A DNA stretch of 60,746 nt from Eubacteriales bacterium (lineage in GTDB: Bacteria; Bacillota; Clostridia; Oscillospirales; CAG-272). The notes under the pieces are model-generated. The model had not been told where the DNA came from, made no database searches, and saw only the letters and a list, made by a program, of their open reading frames with translations. Shown here piece by piece: positions 8,509 to 18,675 of the stretch (the first letter of the stretch is position 1; each line of letters opens with the position of its first letter). The stretch lies in NCBI GenBank assembly GCA_045658525.1, contig JAZOVD010000041.1, forward strand, positions 1-60,746, read 5' to 3'. The position numbers were made by a program, and so were the translations under genes.

Positions 8509-8780
8509 ATCGGTATGCCTTTCTCAGCGCTTTGTATGCTTTATCATTTCCCTTTTTGCGAAAAGTATTCGGGTTTATGTTGAAAAAAGCCGATAAAAAT
8601 AATTATGAATTTTCGTCTAAGGTCTTGTATTTAAGATGAAATCGTGTTATTATAATAATATATGTGCGCGTGACTATATAGAAAAAAGACAGTTTTGGTA
8701 TATATACTGCGCAAAACGTCGAAAATAAATAAACGCCTATCTTTGAGGCTTACATTCGGAAACGGAAAGGAAGGAAGTAA

Positions 8781-11700
8781 ATGCAGAAAAACAAACACCA
8801 AAATACAAAAAGCGCAACTACCGCAGCTTCTAAACAGACCAAAAGTGCGGGTAGTAAGGAAAGTAAAGTTTATACCTTTGTTCCGTTTATCGTATTCGCG
8901 CTCGCGCTCATTGTAGAGACCTGTCTTATCTTCTCTGACGGCACTGGTGTTGTCGGAAAAGCTCTCCACGGACTTTTTACAGGTCTTTTCGGCGCGGTCG
9001 CGTATCTTATCCCAGCGGGAGCGATAGTTATAGCGTACCTGTATTTCGATATGAATAAACGCAAAACTACCGTTTACAAAATAATAATGCTCTCTGTGTT
9101 TACTCTCTTTTTTGCCGCCGCGAACTCCATACTCGCCTTTGACGGTATCGTGGAGAACGCTTTTTCCGCTTCCGTCAGCTGGAACGGCGGTAAAGCGGGA
9201 CAGGGCGGAGGATTTTTCGGCGGACTGCTCGGTAAATTGCTTGCCGCTATGTTCGGACGCGTTTTCGGCGCGGTCGTCGCTATACTGATAACCGTTCTTT
9301 CACTTTCGTTTTTCATAGGCTCGGCTTTCCCCGGTCTTTGGGGTATGATATTTTCACGTAAGAACGCTCCTCGCGCGGAAAAGTCAAACGAGCCTGTCGC
9401 TCCGCCAAGGTTTGAGCCTAAGCCCGCTCCGACACCCAAGTTCAACCCCGCACCGACTCAGCCCCCGAGGTTTGAGCCGACACCTATACCTGAAAATCAG
9501 CCGAAGCGTACCGTTCGTGAATATCCCGTTGACGTTCCGAGGACTTCGCATAAAAAGGTTGATACCACTATTTCAGATCCGTTCTCTTACGGAGACGTTT
9601 TCCTCAAAAATATGAGCGGAAGCTCGGTAAGCGAAGCTCCCGCTGAGGAGGTCAAGGCAGAGCCTACGCCGACCCCGACCTCGTATCAAAACGAGTACCG
9701 CGCAGAGCCGCGCTCCTCTTATTCTTCATCTCAAACCCAGAGCGGCACCTCGACGAAAAGCAGTTATTCCTCTTACGGAAAGACCTCAGCCTCTAAATCA
9801 AAGGTATATTCTCCGTTCTCTAATCCGTTCGTCAGTATGGATGACGTTTTCGGAGACGGGAAAAACTCGGGCGGTAACGGATCTCAGAAGCGCACGGGTG
9901 AGAGAAAATCAATGGCGTATTCGCCGTTCGGAAATCCGTTCGCTGATATAGACGACTCTCTTAAAGAGGTCAGGGAAAAGGATTCACGTTCTCAGGCTTA
10001 TATAGCGTATGAAAGCACGGTCGATCCGTCGCAAAGACAGTCAGCGCGGCGAGAGTCGAGGGAAAATAACGAACGCTATCAGCAGCCGCCTCAGCAGACA
10101 CAGCCGCAGGGCTCTATATTCGATACCGTTATAGATTCCGGCGGAGCGATGCGCGACGCGGACGACGTTCGCCATACGAAGGGTACAGTGGACGCGGGTT
10201 TTACCCCCACGGCGGAGACGGTTCCGCCCGCTGACGGCGGCAGTTATACATCTCGTTTTTCAGAGCAAGCCGAAAGCGTTTCTCCCAACCGTGAGGTAAG
10301 ACAGGAAGCAGATACGGCGGAATATACCGAGACCTCTGAACCGGAAAACGGTTCCGTTCTTACTCCTTTTGATTATAAAACTATGAAGCCGCTTGGCGGC
10401 TCGTCGCGTACCGAAAGCGAGCCGACAAGACCAGTATATGACGAGTATTCCGAGGATACGGACACCTCGTCGGACGAAAACGACGGTGACGATGACGGAT
10501 TTGACGTGGTCTCCTCAACGGAGAACGTTACCGTAACAAGAGGGATACCTGAACGCGAAAACAAGCCCCGTAAGCCATTACAGATGAAGTTTGATACCGA
10601 GGAGGACGAGAACAGAACTGTCACTCCGAGAAGCGAGAGACGTTACCCGAATTACGCTTTCCCCGAGTTCGGACTTCTCGACCCGCAGATGCAGAACAGC
10701 GCGGTAACTGACGAGGATATACTTGAAGTCAAGAACAAGCTCCTCGGCAAGCTTGCGAGCTTCCGTGTTGAGGCGTCACTCTCGGGTTACAGCGTAGGTC
10801 CTACGGTAACGAGATATGAGCTTACCCCCGGTCCGGGCGTCAAGGTCAAGTCGATAACCTCGCTTATAGAAGATATTGCGCTTGAATTACAGTCGGACGG
10901 AGTAAGAATAGCTACCGTTCCGGGTAAATCCGTAATAGGAGTCGAGGTGCCGAACAAGAAAGTGACGGTCGTTTCGCTCCGTTCGCTTATAGAAAACAGA
11001 GATTTCATTAACGCAAAGAGTAAGATAACCGTCTGTGTCGGTCTTACCGTAACGGGTAAGCCGGTTTATATGGACATAGACGATATGCCGCACGTTCTTA
11101 TCGCCGGTCAGACAAAGGCGGGTAAGTCCGTTGCGATAAACTGTATGCTCCTTAGCTTGCTTTACCGCGCCACTCCCGACGAGGTACAGCTGATACTGAT
11201 CGACCCAAAACGTGTTGAGCTTAATATCTATTCAAAGCTCCCGCATCTCGTTATGCCCGTAATAGACGACCCGCAGAGAGCCGCCGCCGCGCTTAACTGG
11301 GCGGTAGTGGAGATGGAAAGACGTTACGCGCTGCTTGACAAGTTCGGGGTAAGAAACAGAGAGGAATACTACGAGCTTAAAGCAGAAAACCCCTCGCTTG
11401 AGCTTATGCCCCAGATAGTTATAGTTATAGACGAGCTTGCGGACCTTATGCTTCAAGTAAGGGAGCACGTCGAAAGTCTTATAAACCGTCTTGCCGCTAT
11501 GGCGAGAGCCTGCGGAATACATCTGCTTATCGGTACTCAGAGACCGTCGGTCGATATAATAACGGGTCTTATAAAGGCAAATATTCCCGCGCGTATCTCG
11601 TTCAAGGTATCGTCGAGCGCCGACTCGCGCATAATACTTGGTAACATCGGAGCTGAAAAGCTTCTCGGACGCGGCGATATGCTTTATCAGGCGACGGGCT

Positions 11701-12143
11701 GCGGCAGAGTGAGGGTTCAGGGCGCGTTCGTTACTTCGAGCGAAATAAAACGCATAACTCGGTTCATAATAGATAATAACGGCGAAGCGCAGTTCGATCC
11801 CGAGATAATGCGCCACCTTGACAGCGAGGTCGATAAGATGAACAAGGACCGCAAGAAGGGCGGAGCGTCTTACGGCGACGGTGATGACGATGACGGGATA
11901 GTCGATACCTCAGAGGTGGATTTCGATTACCTTTGCCGCGCGATAGAATACGCAATAGAGACGGACAGAGTAGCGACTAACAATATCCAGAGACATTTGA
12001 GAATAGGCTTTAACCGAGCCGCTGATATAGTTGACCGTATGGAGGAGCTTGGATTTATCTCGCCGAGAAACGGAAGTAAGCCACGCGAGGTGCTGGTGAC
12101 GTGGGATAAGTACGAGCAATGGAAATACAACAGAATGCCTTAA
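8781..12143 (+). CDS. ftsK: DNA translocase FtsK/SpoIIIE
   Basis: 1120 aa. N-terminal TM segments, a low-complexity linker of about 430 aa, a motor domain with Walker A GQTKAGKS, LIVIDELADL and GTQRPSVD, and a C-terminal gamma winged helix. Confidence 0.93.
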   Translation: MQKNKHQNTKSATTAASKQTKSAGSKESKVYTFVPFIVFALALIVETCLIFSDGTGVVGKALHGLFTGLFGAVAYLIPAGAIVIAYLYFDMNKRKTTVYKIIMLSVFTLFFAAANSILAFDGIVENAFSASVSWNGGKAGQGGGFFGGLLGKLLAAMFGRVFGAVVAILITVLSLSFFIGSAFPGLWGMIFSRKNAPRAEKSNEPVAPPRFEPKPAPTPKFNPAPTQPPRFEPTPIPENQPKRTVREYPVDVPRTSHKKVDTTISDPFSYGDVFLKNMSGSSVSEAPAEEVKAEPTPTPTSYQNEYRAEPRSSYSSSQTQSGTSTKSSYSSYGKTSASKSKVYSPFSNPFVSMDDVFGDGKNSGGNGSQKRTGERKSMAYSPFGNPFADIDDSLKEVREKDSRSQAYIAYESTVDPSQRQSARRESRENNERYQQPPQQTQPQGSIFDTVIDSGGAMRDADDVRHTKGTVDAGFTPTAETVPPADGGSYTSRFSEQAESVSPNREVRQEADTAEYTETSEPENGSVLTPFDYKTMKPLGGSSRTESEPTRPVYDEYSEDTDTSSDENDGDDDGFDVVSSTENVTVTRGIPERENKPRKPLQMKFDTEEDENRTVTPRSERRYPNYAFPEFGLLDPQMQNSAVTDEDILEVKNKLLGKLASFRVEASLSGYSVGPTVTRYELTPGPGVKVKSITSLIEDIALELQSDGVRIATVPGKSVIGVEVPNKKVTVVSLRSLIENRDFINAKSKITVCVGLTVTGKPVYMDIDDMPHVLIAGQTKAGKSVAINCMLLSLLYRATPDEVQLILIDPKRVELNIYSKLPHLVMPVIDDPQRAAAALNWAVVEMERRYALLDKFGVRNREEYYELKAENPSLELMPQIVIVIDELADLMLQVREHVESLINRLAAMARACGIHLLIGTQRPSVDIITGLIKANIPARISFKVSSSADSRIILGNIGAEKLLGRGDMLYQATGCGRVRVQGAFVTSSEIKRITRFIIDNNGEAQFDPEIMRHLDSEVDKMNKDRKKGGASYGDGDDDDGIVDTSEVDFDYLCRAIEYAIETDRVATNNIQRHLRIGFNRAADIVDRMEELGFISPRNGSKPREVLVTWDKYEQWKYNRMP

Positions 12144-12157
12144 AAGGAACGAAAATT

Positions 12158-12703
12158 ATGATATACGTATATCTTGCAAACGGATTTGAGGAAACCGAAA
12201 TGATAGCACCGCTCGACCTTATCAGACGCGCGGGTCTTGATGTAAAGACGGTTTCGGTAACAAATGAACTTCTCGTGACAGGCTCTCACGGTATAACCGT
12301 AAAGGCTGACACTACGGTTTTTGACGGGGATTACGACGCGTCAAAGGCGGAGATGGTAATTCTTCCCGGCGGACTTCCCGGAACGACCAACCTTGAAGCA
12401 AGCGAGCAGGTAAGAAACGCGCTTACCTTTGCTTACGAAAACGGAAAATATATCTGCGCTATATGCGCGGCACCCTCTGTTCTCGGTAAGATGGGACTTC
12501 TTAAAGGTAAACGCGCGGTCTGTTACCCAGGATTTGAAAAGTATCTTGACGGTGCGATAAATACCGATAAGAGATGCGAGCATGACGGCAAATTCATAAC
12601 CGCGGTCGGAATGGGCGCGGCGGTGGAGTTCGGACTTAAAATAGTTGAGGCACTTTGCGGAAAAGAAGTTTCGGAGAAGCTCAAAAATGGAATACTCGCC
12701 TAA
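12158..12703 (+). CDS. DJ-1/PfpI (ThiJ) family protein
   Basis: MIYVYLANGFEETEMIAPLDLIRRAG... and the nucleophile elbow ICAICAAP. The ORF-track start at 12119 overlaps ftsK, so the ATG at 12158 is preferred. Confidence 0.85.
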   Translation: MIYVYLANGFEETEMIAPLDLIRRAGLDVKTVSVTNELLVTGSHGITVKADTTVFDGDYDASKAEMVILPGGLPGTTNLEASEQVRNALTFAYENGKYICAICAAPSVLGKMGLLKGKRAVCYPGFEKYLDGAINTDKRCEHDGKFITAVGMGAAVEFGLKIVEALCGKEVSEKLKNGILA

Positions 12704-13292
12704 CAGCCGTATGTCACTGCGTGACAGAAAAAGCGAGCTTCGCGCCTCATTTCGTGAGCAGAGAAAACAGATCTCTGCCGAGAAAAGAGCGACACTGAAC
12801 TCGGAGATATGTAAAAGACTGCTGTCCTTGGCGGCGTTTCGCTTTGCGGATACCGTTCTTTCCTATTCGCCGCTTGTGGGAGAGGTCGATATAACGGAAT
12901 TTAACCGCGCGGTGCTTAATTCGGGCAAAAAGCTTGCGTTTCCCAAATGTACTCAGGGAGATCCGCTTATGAAGTTTCACGTTATAAGCGATCTTGACAG
13001 TATGGAAACGGGAATGTTCTCCATAAAAGAGCCGAGCGAAAACGACCCGTTATGGGTTCCATCGAGCGGAGAAAAGGCTATCTGTATAGTTCCCGCGATG
13101 GCGTTTGACCTTACGGGACACAGGCTTGGATACGGAAAGGGCTACTACGACAGATTTCTTTCCGGTATAGAGGTAACGAAGATCGGTGTTGCTTACACTG
13201 ATTTCGTGGTAAAGAGCTTGCCGAGAGGGCGTTTTGACCTCGCGGCGGATCTTATCGTTACCGATACGAGGATAATTACGCCGAAGAAATAG
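12687..13292 (+). CDS. 5-formyltetrahydrofolate cyclo-ligase
   Basis: Motifs AFDLTGHRLGYGKGYYDRFL and ELRASFREQRKQIS. Start 12687 has a GGAG RBS; 12711 is an alternative. Confidence 0.85.
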   Translation: MEYSPNSRMSLRDRKSELRASFREQRKQISAEKRATLNSEICKRLLSLAAFRFADTVLSYSPLVGEVDITEFNRAVLNSGKKLAFPKCTQGDPLMKFHVISDLDSMETGMFSIKEPSENDPLWVPSSGEKAICIVPAMAFDLTGHRLGYGKGYYDRFLSGIEVTKIGVAYTDFVVKSLPRGRFDLAADLIVTDTRIITPKK

Positions 13293-13384
13293 GCTTCCCC
13301 CTCAGGGGGAAGGCATACATATTCATTTTTCCTTACATATCGCGAAAGCGCGGTATGATATACCAAAGAAACGGAAAAACGAAT

Positions 13385-14428
13385 ATGAAAAAGAAAAATA
13401 AGCTCATATATTTCGCCTCGGTGCTGGCGGTGTCCTTAGCTCTTTCGGTACTGCTGATATTCCTCGCAAACGACGCATTTGCCATAACCGCCAAAAGCGG
13501 AGAGGAGACGATATACGTTTCCGAGGGAGACGGCGCGGGAGAGATAGCAAGCTCACTTAAAAAAAGCGGAGTTATAAAGAGCAAAACGTGGTTCAGAACT
13601 TATCTTGCTCTGCGCGGAAAAAGTCTTAACGGGGTAAAAGAGGGAAGCTATACAGTTTCAAAAACGGGCGGCTTTGACGGAATACACAGACGGCTTACGG
13701 GCAATGTAAGGCGCAAAAGAACAGAGCTTACCGTTGTGATACCCGAGGGAAGCACGGTCGAGGATATTCTGACTATCGTTTGCGATAACAAGGGTATATG
13801 TACACGTGAGGAGCTTACCGACGTTATACAGAACGGAGATTTTTCGAGGTACGATTTTGTAAACGCGATCTCGGGAGAACGTTTATACAGGCTTGAAGGT
13901 TATCTTTATCCCGACACCTACTGCTTTTATTCCGATTCCTCGGCGTACTCGGTGGTGGATAAGCTGCTTTCAAATTTTGAGTCGAAGTTTGACGAAAAAT
14001 ACAGAAAAGCGTGCAAGGCTAAGGGGTTAAGTATAGACGAGGCTGTTAAGATAGCATCGATAATCGAAAAGGAAGCGAAGTTCGTTTCCGACTACCCCAA
14101 GGTCTCGTCGGTACTGCACAACAGACTTGGCAGTATAGCTTTCGGCGGACGGCTTCAAAGTGATGCGACGCTTACCTACGCCCTTAACAGACCTATGACG
14201 GCAAGCGATAAAGAGCTGGACGATCCTTATAACTCGTATAAGCACAGGGGTCTGCCGCCAAGCGCGATATGCAGTCCCGATCTTGACGCGATCTCATACG
14301 CTATATATCCCGACAAAACCAATTATTATTATTTCGTCTCTCGCTCCGACGGCACAGTCCTTTACGCGAGCAGCTACGAGGCACATAAACACAATATAGC
14401 CCTTGTGAAAAGGGAAAACGAAAAATAA
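13385..14428 (+). CDS. mltG: Endolytic murein transglycosylase MltG (YceG family)
   Basis: N-terminal TM segment, LEGYLYPDTY, IASIIEKEA and LQSDATLTY. Confidence 0.88.
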   Translation: MKKKNKLIYFASVLAVSLALSVLLIFLANDAFAITAKSGEETIYVSEGDGAGEIASSLKKSGVIKSKTWFRTYLALRGKSLNGVKEGSYTVSKTGGFDGIHRRLTGNVRRKRTELTVVIPEGSTVEDILTIVCDNKGICTREELTDVIQNGDFSRYDFVNAISGERLYRLEGYLYPDTYCFYSDSSAYSVVDKLLSNFESKFDEKYRKACKAKGLSIDEAVKIASIIEKEAKFVSDYPKVSSVLHNRLGSIAFGGRLQSDATLTYALNRPMTASDKELDDPYNSYKHRGLPPSAICSPDLDAISYAIYPDKTNYYYFVSRSDGTVLYASSYEAHKHNIALVKRENEK

Positions 14429-14583
14429 ACAGCGGTGTTTTTTGTCAAATGGCAGTTTATTAAAAGCCTCCCCTGTGTAAGGGGAGGTGGATTTGCCAAA
14501 GGCAAATACGGAGGGGTTGTAGAAAACAAAAGCAGGAGCAAGCAATCCCTCTTATGCTCAAAAAACATATTGAAAGGTTTTAT

Positions 14584-15846
14584 ATGACTAACAACAGAGT
14601 AGAAATACTTTCGCCTGCGGGTGATTTTGAAAAATTAAAGGCGGCGGTCGCGTTCGGCGCGGACGCGGTATATCTCGCGGGTAACGCGTTCGGCATGCGC
14701 TCTGCGGCGGGCAACTTTACCGTTGACGAGATATTCGAGGCGGTAAAATACGCGCACGAAAGAAACGTCAGAGTTTACATAACTGTAAATACGATGCCGA
14801 GAACTTCCGAATACGGCAGGCTTACCGAGTATTTGAAAAAGCTTGGTGAAAGCGGCGCGGACGCGCTGATAATATCCGATCTCGGAGTTTTTATGCTGGC
14901 AAAGGAGATCGTTCCTCACATGACGCTCCACGTCTCAACTCAGGCAAGCGTTGTGAGCGCGAGGACCTGTATCGAATGGTATAAGCTTGGAGCTTCGAGA
15001 ATAATACTCGCCAGAGAGCTTTCGCTTGACGAGATAAAGCAGATACGCGCGGAGATACCGAAGGAGTTGGAGCTTGAAGCGTTCGTTCACGGCTCTATGT
15101 GCGTTGCGTACAGCGGACGCTGTCTGCTTTCAAACTACCTTACGGGTAGAGACGCTAACCGCGGAGCGTGTGCTCAGCCCTGCCGTTGGGAGTACGACCT
15201 TTATGGGCTTCGTCAATTTCGGGGTGAGATCGAGGAGGTCAAGCGCAAGGGTGAGAGATTTGAGCTTATTGAGGAGAACGGCGAAACTTACACCTTTTCG
15301 TCGCGCGACCTCTGTATGATAGACCATATTCCCGAGCTTGCCGAATCGGGGCTTTCCTGTCTCAAAATCGAGGGCAGAATGAAGAGTGCCTGCTATACCG
15401 CGACGGTAACGAACGCATATAAGTGCGCGCTTGACCGTTACTATGCTGATCCCGAAAGCTACGTTACCGATCCCGCTTGGAAAACGGAGCTTGAAAGCGT
15501 TTGTCACAGAAGCTACGGCACGGGGTTCTTTTTCGGGGATACTGTGGATAACTCAAATATATGCCCAGAGCCTGGTTACATAAGAGAGCAGGCGGCACTC
15601 GGTATAGCGTTATCGTATGACGAAAAGACGGGTCTTGCTTGCTTTATGCAGAAGAATAAGTTTTCGGTCGGAGAGGAGATAGAGCTTCTCGTTCCTGGTA
15701 AGAGCGGCGTAGCTTTTACAGCCGAAAGGATTTTCGATGAGAATATGAACGAGATAGACTCCGTTCCGCATCCTATGATGAAATTCTTCGTAAAAGTCCC
15801 TTTTCCCGTTCCCGAATATTCGCTTTTGCGTTATGCAAAGCGGTGA
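14584..15846 (+). CDS. Peptidase U32 family protein
   Basis: VEILSPAGDFEKLKAAVAFGADAVYLAG, FVHGSMCVAYSGRCLLS and LKIEGRMK. Start at MTNNRVEIL with a GAAAGG RBS. Confidence 0.88.
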   Translation: MTNNRVEILSPAGDFEKLKAAVAFGADAVYLAGNAFGMRSAAGNFTVDEIFEAVKYAHERNVRVYITVNTMPRTSEYGRLTEYLKKLGESGADALIISDLGVFMLAKEIVPHMTLHVSTQASVVSARTCIEWYKLGASRIILARELSLDEIKQIRAEIPKELELEAFVHGSMCVAYSGRCLLSNYLTGRDANRGACAQPCRWEYDLYGLRQFRGEIEEVKRKGERFELIEENGETYTFSSRDLCMIDHIPELAESGLSCLKIEGRMKSACYTATVTNAYKCALDRYYADPESYVTDPAWKTELESVCHRSYGTGFFFGDTVDNSNICPEPGYIREQAALGIALSYDEKTGLACFMQKNKFSVGEEIELLVPGKSGVAFTAERIFDENMNEIDSVPHPMMKFFVKVPFPVPEYSLLRYAKR

Positions 15847-15854
15847 GATTTTCT

Positions 15855-16075
15855 CCTACTTTTTTGAAAAAAAGTAGGCAAAAAACTTTTCTACTACGCC
15901 ACATTGGTATATGGCGTAGTAGAAAAGAATTTGTTTATTTGCTTCGCAAAAAGGAGTGAAAATCTGCGTCAAATTTAATACCATCACTCTATGATATGAC
16001 ATTAAAATTTACACAATGGTACCCATAGAGAAGTCTTTGCCAAGCTTTCTTCAGAAAGCGGGAAAAATGAACGTA
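15855..16075 (+). repeat. Intergenic hairpin repeat (core 15855-15953 plus accessory module 15985-16060)
   Basis: Palindrome CCTACTTTTTTGAAAAAAAGTAGG, stem 15886-15900 / 15913-15927, and TTTGTTTATTTGCTTCGCAAAAAG. The accessory module is shared with 36734-36809. Confidence 0.85.
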
Positions 16076-16097
16076 AAAAACATAATGGGAGAATAAA

Positions 16098-17396
16098 ATG
16101 CAACACAAAGCCCAAAAAAGACTGTATATGATAATAATACTGTCGTTTTTCGCAGCGATAGCCATTTCGCTCGTTCTTATATCGATAGCCTCAAACTCGC
16201 TTCAACCCGTCTTTTTCGGTGTAGCGATAGCGTATATATTCAAGCCGATGTGCAACGTGTTCAACAGATGGTACAAAAAGCTGTTTATGCGTAAGTTCCA
16301 CGAGGCGAAAAGTAAAAAATTAGCTCACTATTTCAGTATGGTCACTACTTATATAGTGTGGGGCGCGATAATATACGTTTTCCTCTCGATAGTTATTCCG
16401 AGAGTTATAACGAGCGTATTAAGCGCCGTTTCGGCTATACCGAAGCTTATAGAGACCGTTATCGGTTTTACAAACCAGATCCTCAAAAATACTCCGTGGC
16501 TCTCTCATCTTATAGAGAACACGCTTAAAGACGTCAGTCTGGATTTCGATTCGCTCTATAATCAGTTAAAGCCGTTCATAAGCGGAATAACGAGCGGAAC
16601 GCTTGACTTTATAACAAGCACTGTCAGCTTCATCTTCAACGTATTCGTTGGCTTTGTAGTATCCGTTTACCTGCTCAACGGCAGAAAAAAGCTCTGCGCG
16701 CAGGCTAAGCTTCTTATAAGGAGCGTTTTCGGGCGCAGAATATCCGAGCTTATATTCGAGGAAGTAAGCTTTGCGGATAAGATGTTTTCAAGCTATTTCA
16801 TAGGAAGTATAATAGACAGCACGCTTGTGGGAGTTCTTTGTTACGTTGGCTGTCTTATAATGGGCATTCCGTACGCGGTCCTTGTTTCCGTTATCGTCGG
16901 AGTAACTAACATAATCCCGTTTTTCGGTCCGTATATAGGAATGATACCGTCCGCGATAATAATACTTACCGTTTCGCCTATACGCGCTTTGATGTTTGTC
17001 GTTATGATGATAATAATGCAGCAGATAGACGGTAACATACTTGCTCCTAAGATAATCGGAAGTAACACCGGTCTTTCGAGCTTTTGGGTGCTGTTCGCCA
17101 TACTTCTTTTCGGAGGGCTTTTCGGATTTATCGGAATGATAATAGGTGTTCCGATATTCGCCGTTATATACGATGTTTGCGGAAAGCTTATGCGTTACTG
17201 CCTGCACAGGCGCGGTGAAACAGATTCGATAAAGGATTACGAAAGCGAGTTCCCGACGAATGAAAATAAACCGTCGGTCATAGCCCGTATAAAGAACGCA
17301 AGGGAAAAGAGCCTGTCCGTAACGGAAGAAGCTCAGGAAGAGACCGGACCGTCAGAGGAAGAAACGCTTGAACAGGTCAGCTTTTTCGAGCAGTGA
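16098..17396 (+). CDS. AI-2E family transporter (PerM/YtvI-like permease)
   Basis: 432 aa polytopic protein. Motif QQIDGNILAPKIIGSNTGLSSFWVLFAILLFGGLFGFIGMIIGVPIFAV. Confidence 0.85.
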   Translation: MQHKAQKRLYMIIILSFFAAIAISLVLISIASNSLQPVFFGVAIAYIFKPMCNVFNRWYKKLFMRKFHEAKSKKLAHYFSMVTTYIVWGAIIYVFLSIVIPRVITSVLSAVSAIPKLIETVIGFTNQILKNTPWLSHLIENTLKDVSLDFDSLYNQLKPFISGITSGTLDFITSTVSFIFNVFVGFVVSVYLLNGRKKLCAQAKLLIRSVFGRRISELIFEEVSFADKMFSSYFIGSIIDSTLVGVLCYVGCLIMGIPYAVLVSVIVGVTNIIPFFGPYIGMIPSAIIILTVSPIRALMFVVMMIIMQQIDGNILAPKIIGSNTGLSSFWVLFAILLFGGLFGFIGMIIGVPIFAVIYDVCGKLMRYCLHRRGETDSIKDYESEFPTNENKPSVIARIKNAREKSLSVTEEAQEETGPSEEETLEQVSFFEQ

Positions 17397-17417
17397 AAAG
17401 AAAGGTAACGTCAGAAT

Positions 17418-18668
17418 ATGGACGCATTTGAATATGTAAAAGGTCTTTGTGCCTCGGTAAAAAAGGCGCAGAGAGAGCTTGCGTGCGCAAGGACCGCGGA
17501 AAAGGACGCGGCACTTGAAAGCATTGCCGCGGCTCTTGTAGAAAGCTCCGCGTACATTCTCGCGGAAAACAAAAAGGATCTTGAAAACGCGGAAAAGAAC
17601 GGTGTCCCCAAAACTATGCTGGACAGACTCGCGCTTACGGATGCGCGTATAAACGGCATTTCCTCGGCTATACGCGAGGTCATAGCGTTAAAGGACCCTG
17701 TCGGTAACGGTACTGTCACCGAAAGACCGAACGGACTGAGGATAATGAAGGTCGGAGTTCCGCTCGGAGTAGTCGGTATAATATACGAAGCGAGACCGAA
17801 CGTTACTGCCGATGCGGCGGCACTTTGCCTTAAAAGCGGTAACGGAGCGGTGCTTCGCGGCGGAAAGGAAGCGCTTAACACCAATCGCGCGATAGTCTCG
17901 GTTATCAAAAAAGCTCTTTCAAAGAGCCAAATATCGCCCGACGTTATAGAGCTTATAGACGACCCGAGCAGAGAAAGCACGAACGCGCTCATGAATATGA
18001 AAGGGCTTATAGATGTTCTCATTCCGCGAGGCGGAAAGGGGCTTATAAGAGCCGTAACCGATAACGCGAGCGTTCCCGTTATAGAGACGGGGGCGGGGAA
18101 TTGTCACATATATATAGACGAAAGCGCTGACCTTGAAAAGGCACTTAACGTAGCGGTGAACGCAAAGGTCTCACGCCCGTCTGTTTGCAATGCGGTCGAG
18201 ACTATGCTGGTGCATTCCGACGTTGCGGGTGAGTTTTTACCTATGTTTTCGAAGGCTACCGAGCAGTATTCTCTTGACATACGCGGTTGCCAAAGAACGC
18301 GTGCCATACTTGGCGGAATAAATGAAGCGACGGACGAAGACTACGAAACGGAGTATAACGATTATATAATCGCAGTCAAGGTAGTTGATTCGCTTGACGA
18401 GGCGATAGAGCATATATCGCGGTATTCGACGGGACACAGTGAGGCGATTATGACCGAGGATATAAAGAACGCGCGTTATTTCTGCTCGCATATAGACGCG
18501 GCGGCGGTTTACGTCAACGCTTCGACCCGTTTTACTGATGGCGGTGAGTTTGGATTTGGAGCGGAGATAGGTATTTCAACGCAGAAGCTCCACGCGAGAG
18601 GACCTATGGGACTGCCTGAGCTTACTACCGTGAAGTATATAGTAGAGGGCGACGGTCAGGTCAGGTAA
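17418..18668 (+). CDS. proA: Glutamate-5-semialdehyde dehydrogenase
   Basis: 416 aa. Motifs VLIPRGGKGLIRAV, CNAVETMLVH and NASTRFTDGGEFGFGAEIGISTQKLHARGPMGL. Confidence 0.93.
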   Translation: MDAFEYVKGLCASVKKAQRELACARTAEKDAALESIAAALVESSAYILAENKKDLENAEKNGVPKTMLDRLALTDARINGISSAIREVIALKDPVGNGTVTERPNGLRIMKVGVPLGVVGIIYEARPNVTADAAALCLKSGNGAVLRGGKEALNTNRAIVSVIKKALSKSQISPDVIELIDDPSRESTNALMNMKGLIDVLIPRGGKGLIRAVTDNASVPVIETGAGNCHIYIDESADLEKALNVAVNAKVSRPSVCNAVETMLVHSDVAGEFLPMFSKATEQYSLDIRGCQRTRAILGGINEATDEDYETEYNDYIIAVKVVDSLDEAIEHISRYSTGHSEAIMTEDIKNARYFCSHIDAAAVYVNASTRFTDGGEFGFGAEIGISTQKLHARGPMGLPELTTVKYIVEGDGQVR

Positions 18669-18675
18669 CCGTTCT

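Noticed and set aside
12119-12157. Longer DJ-1 ORF starting at 12119, and MTHFS ORF starting at 12645.
   Set aside because: Both extensions overlap the preceding genes and add non-conserved residues. Internal ATGs with RBS-like sequences (12158 and 12687) fit the conserved N-termini.
17411-18022. 203-aa minus-strand ORF.
   Set aside because: It lies antisense within proA, which has unmistakable motifs. This is a shadow ORF.
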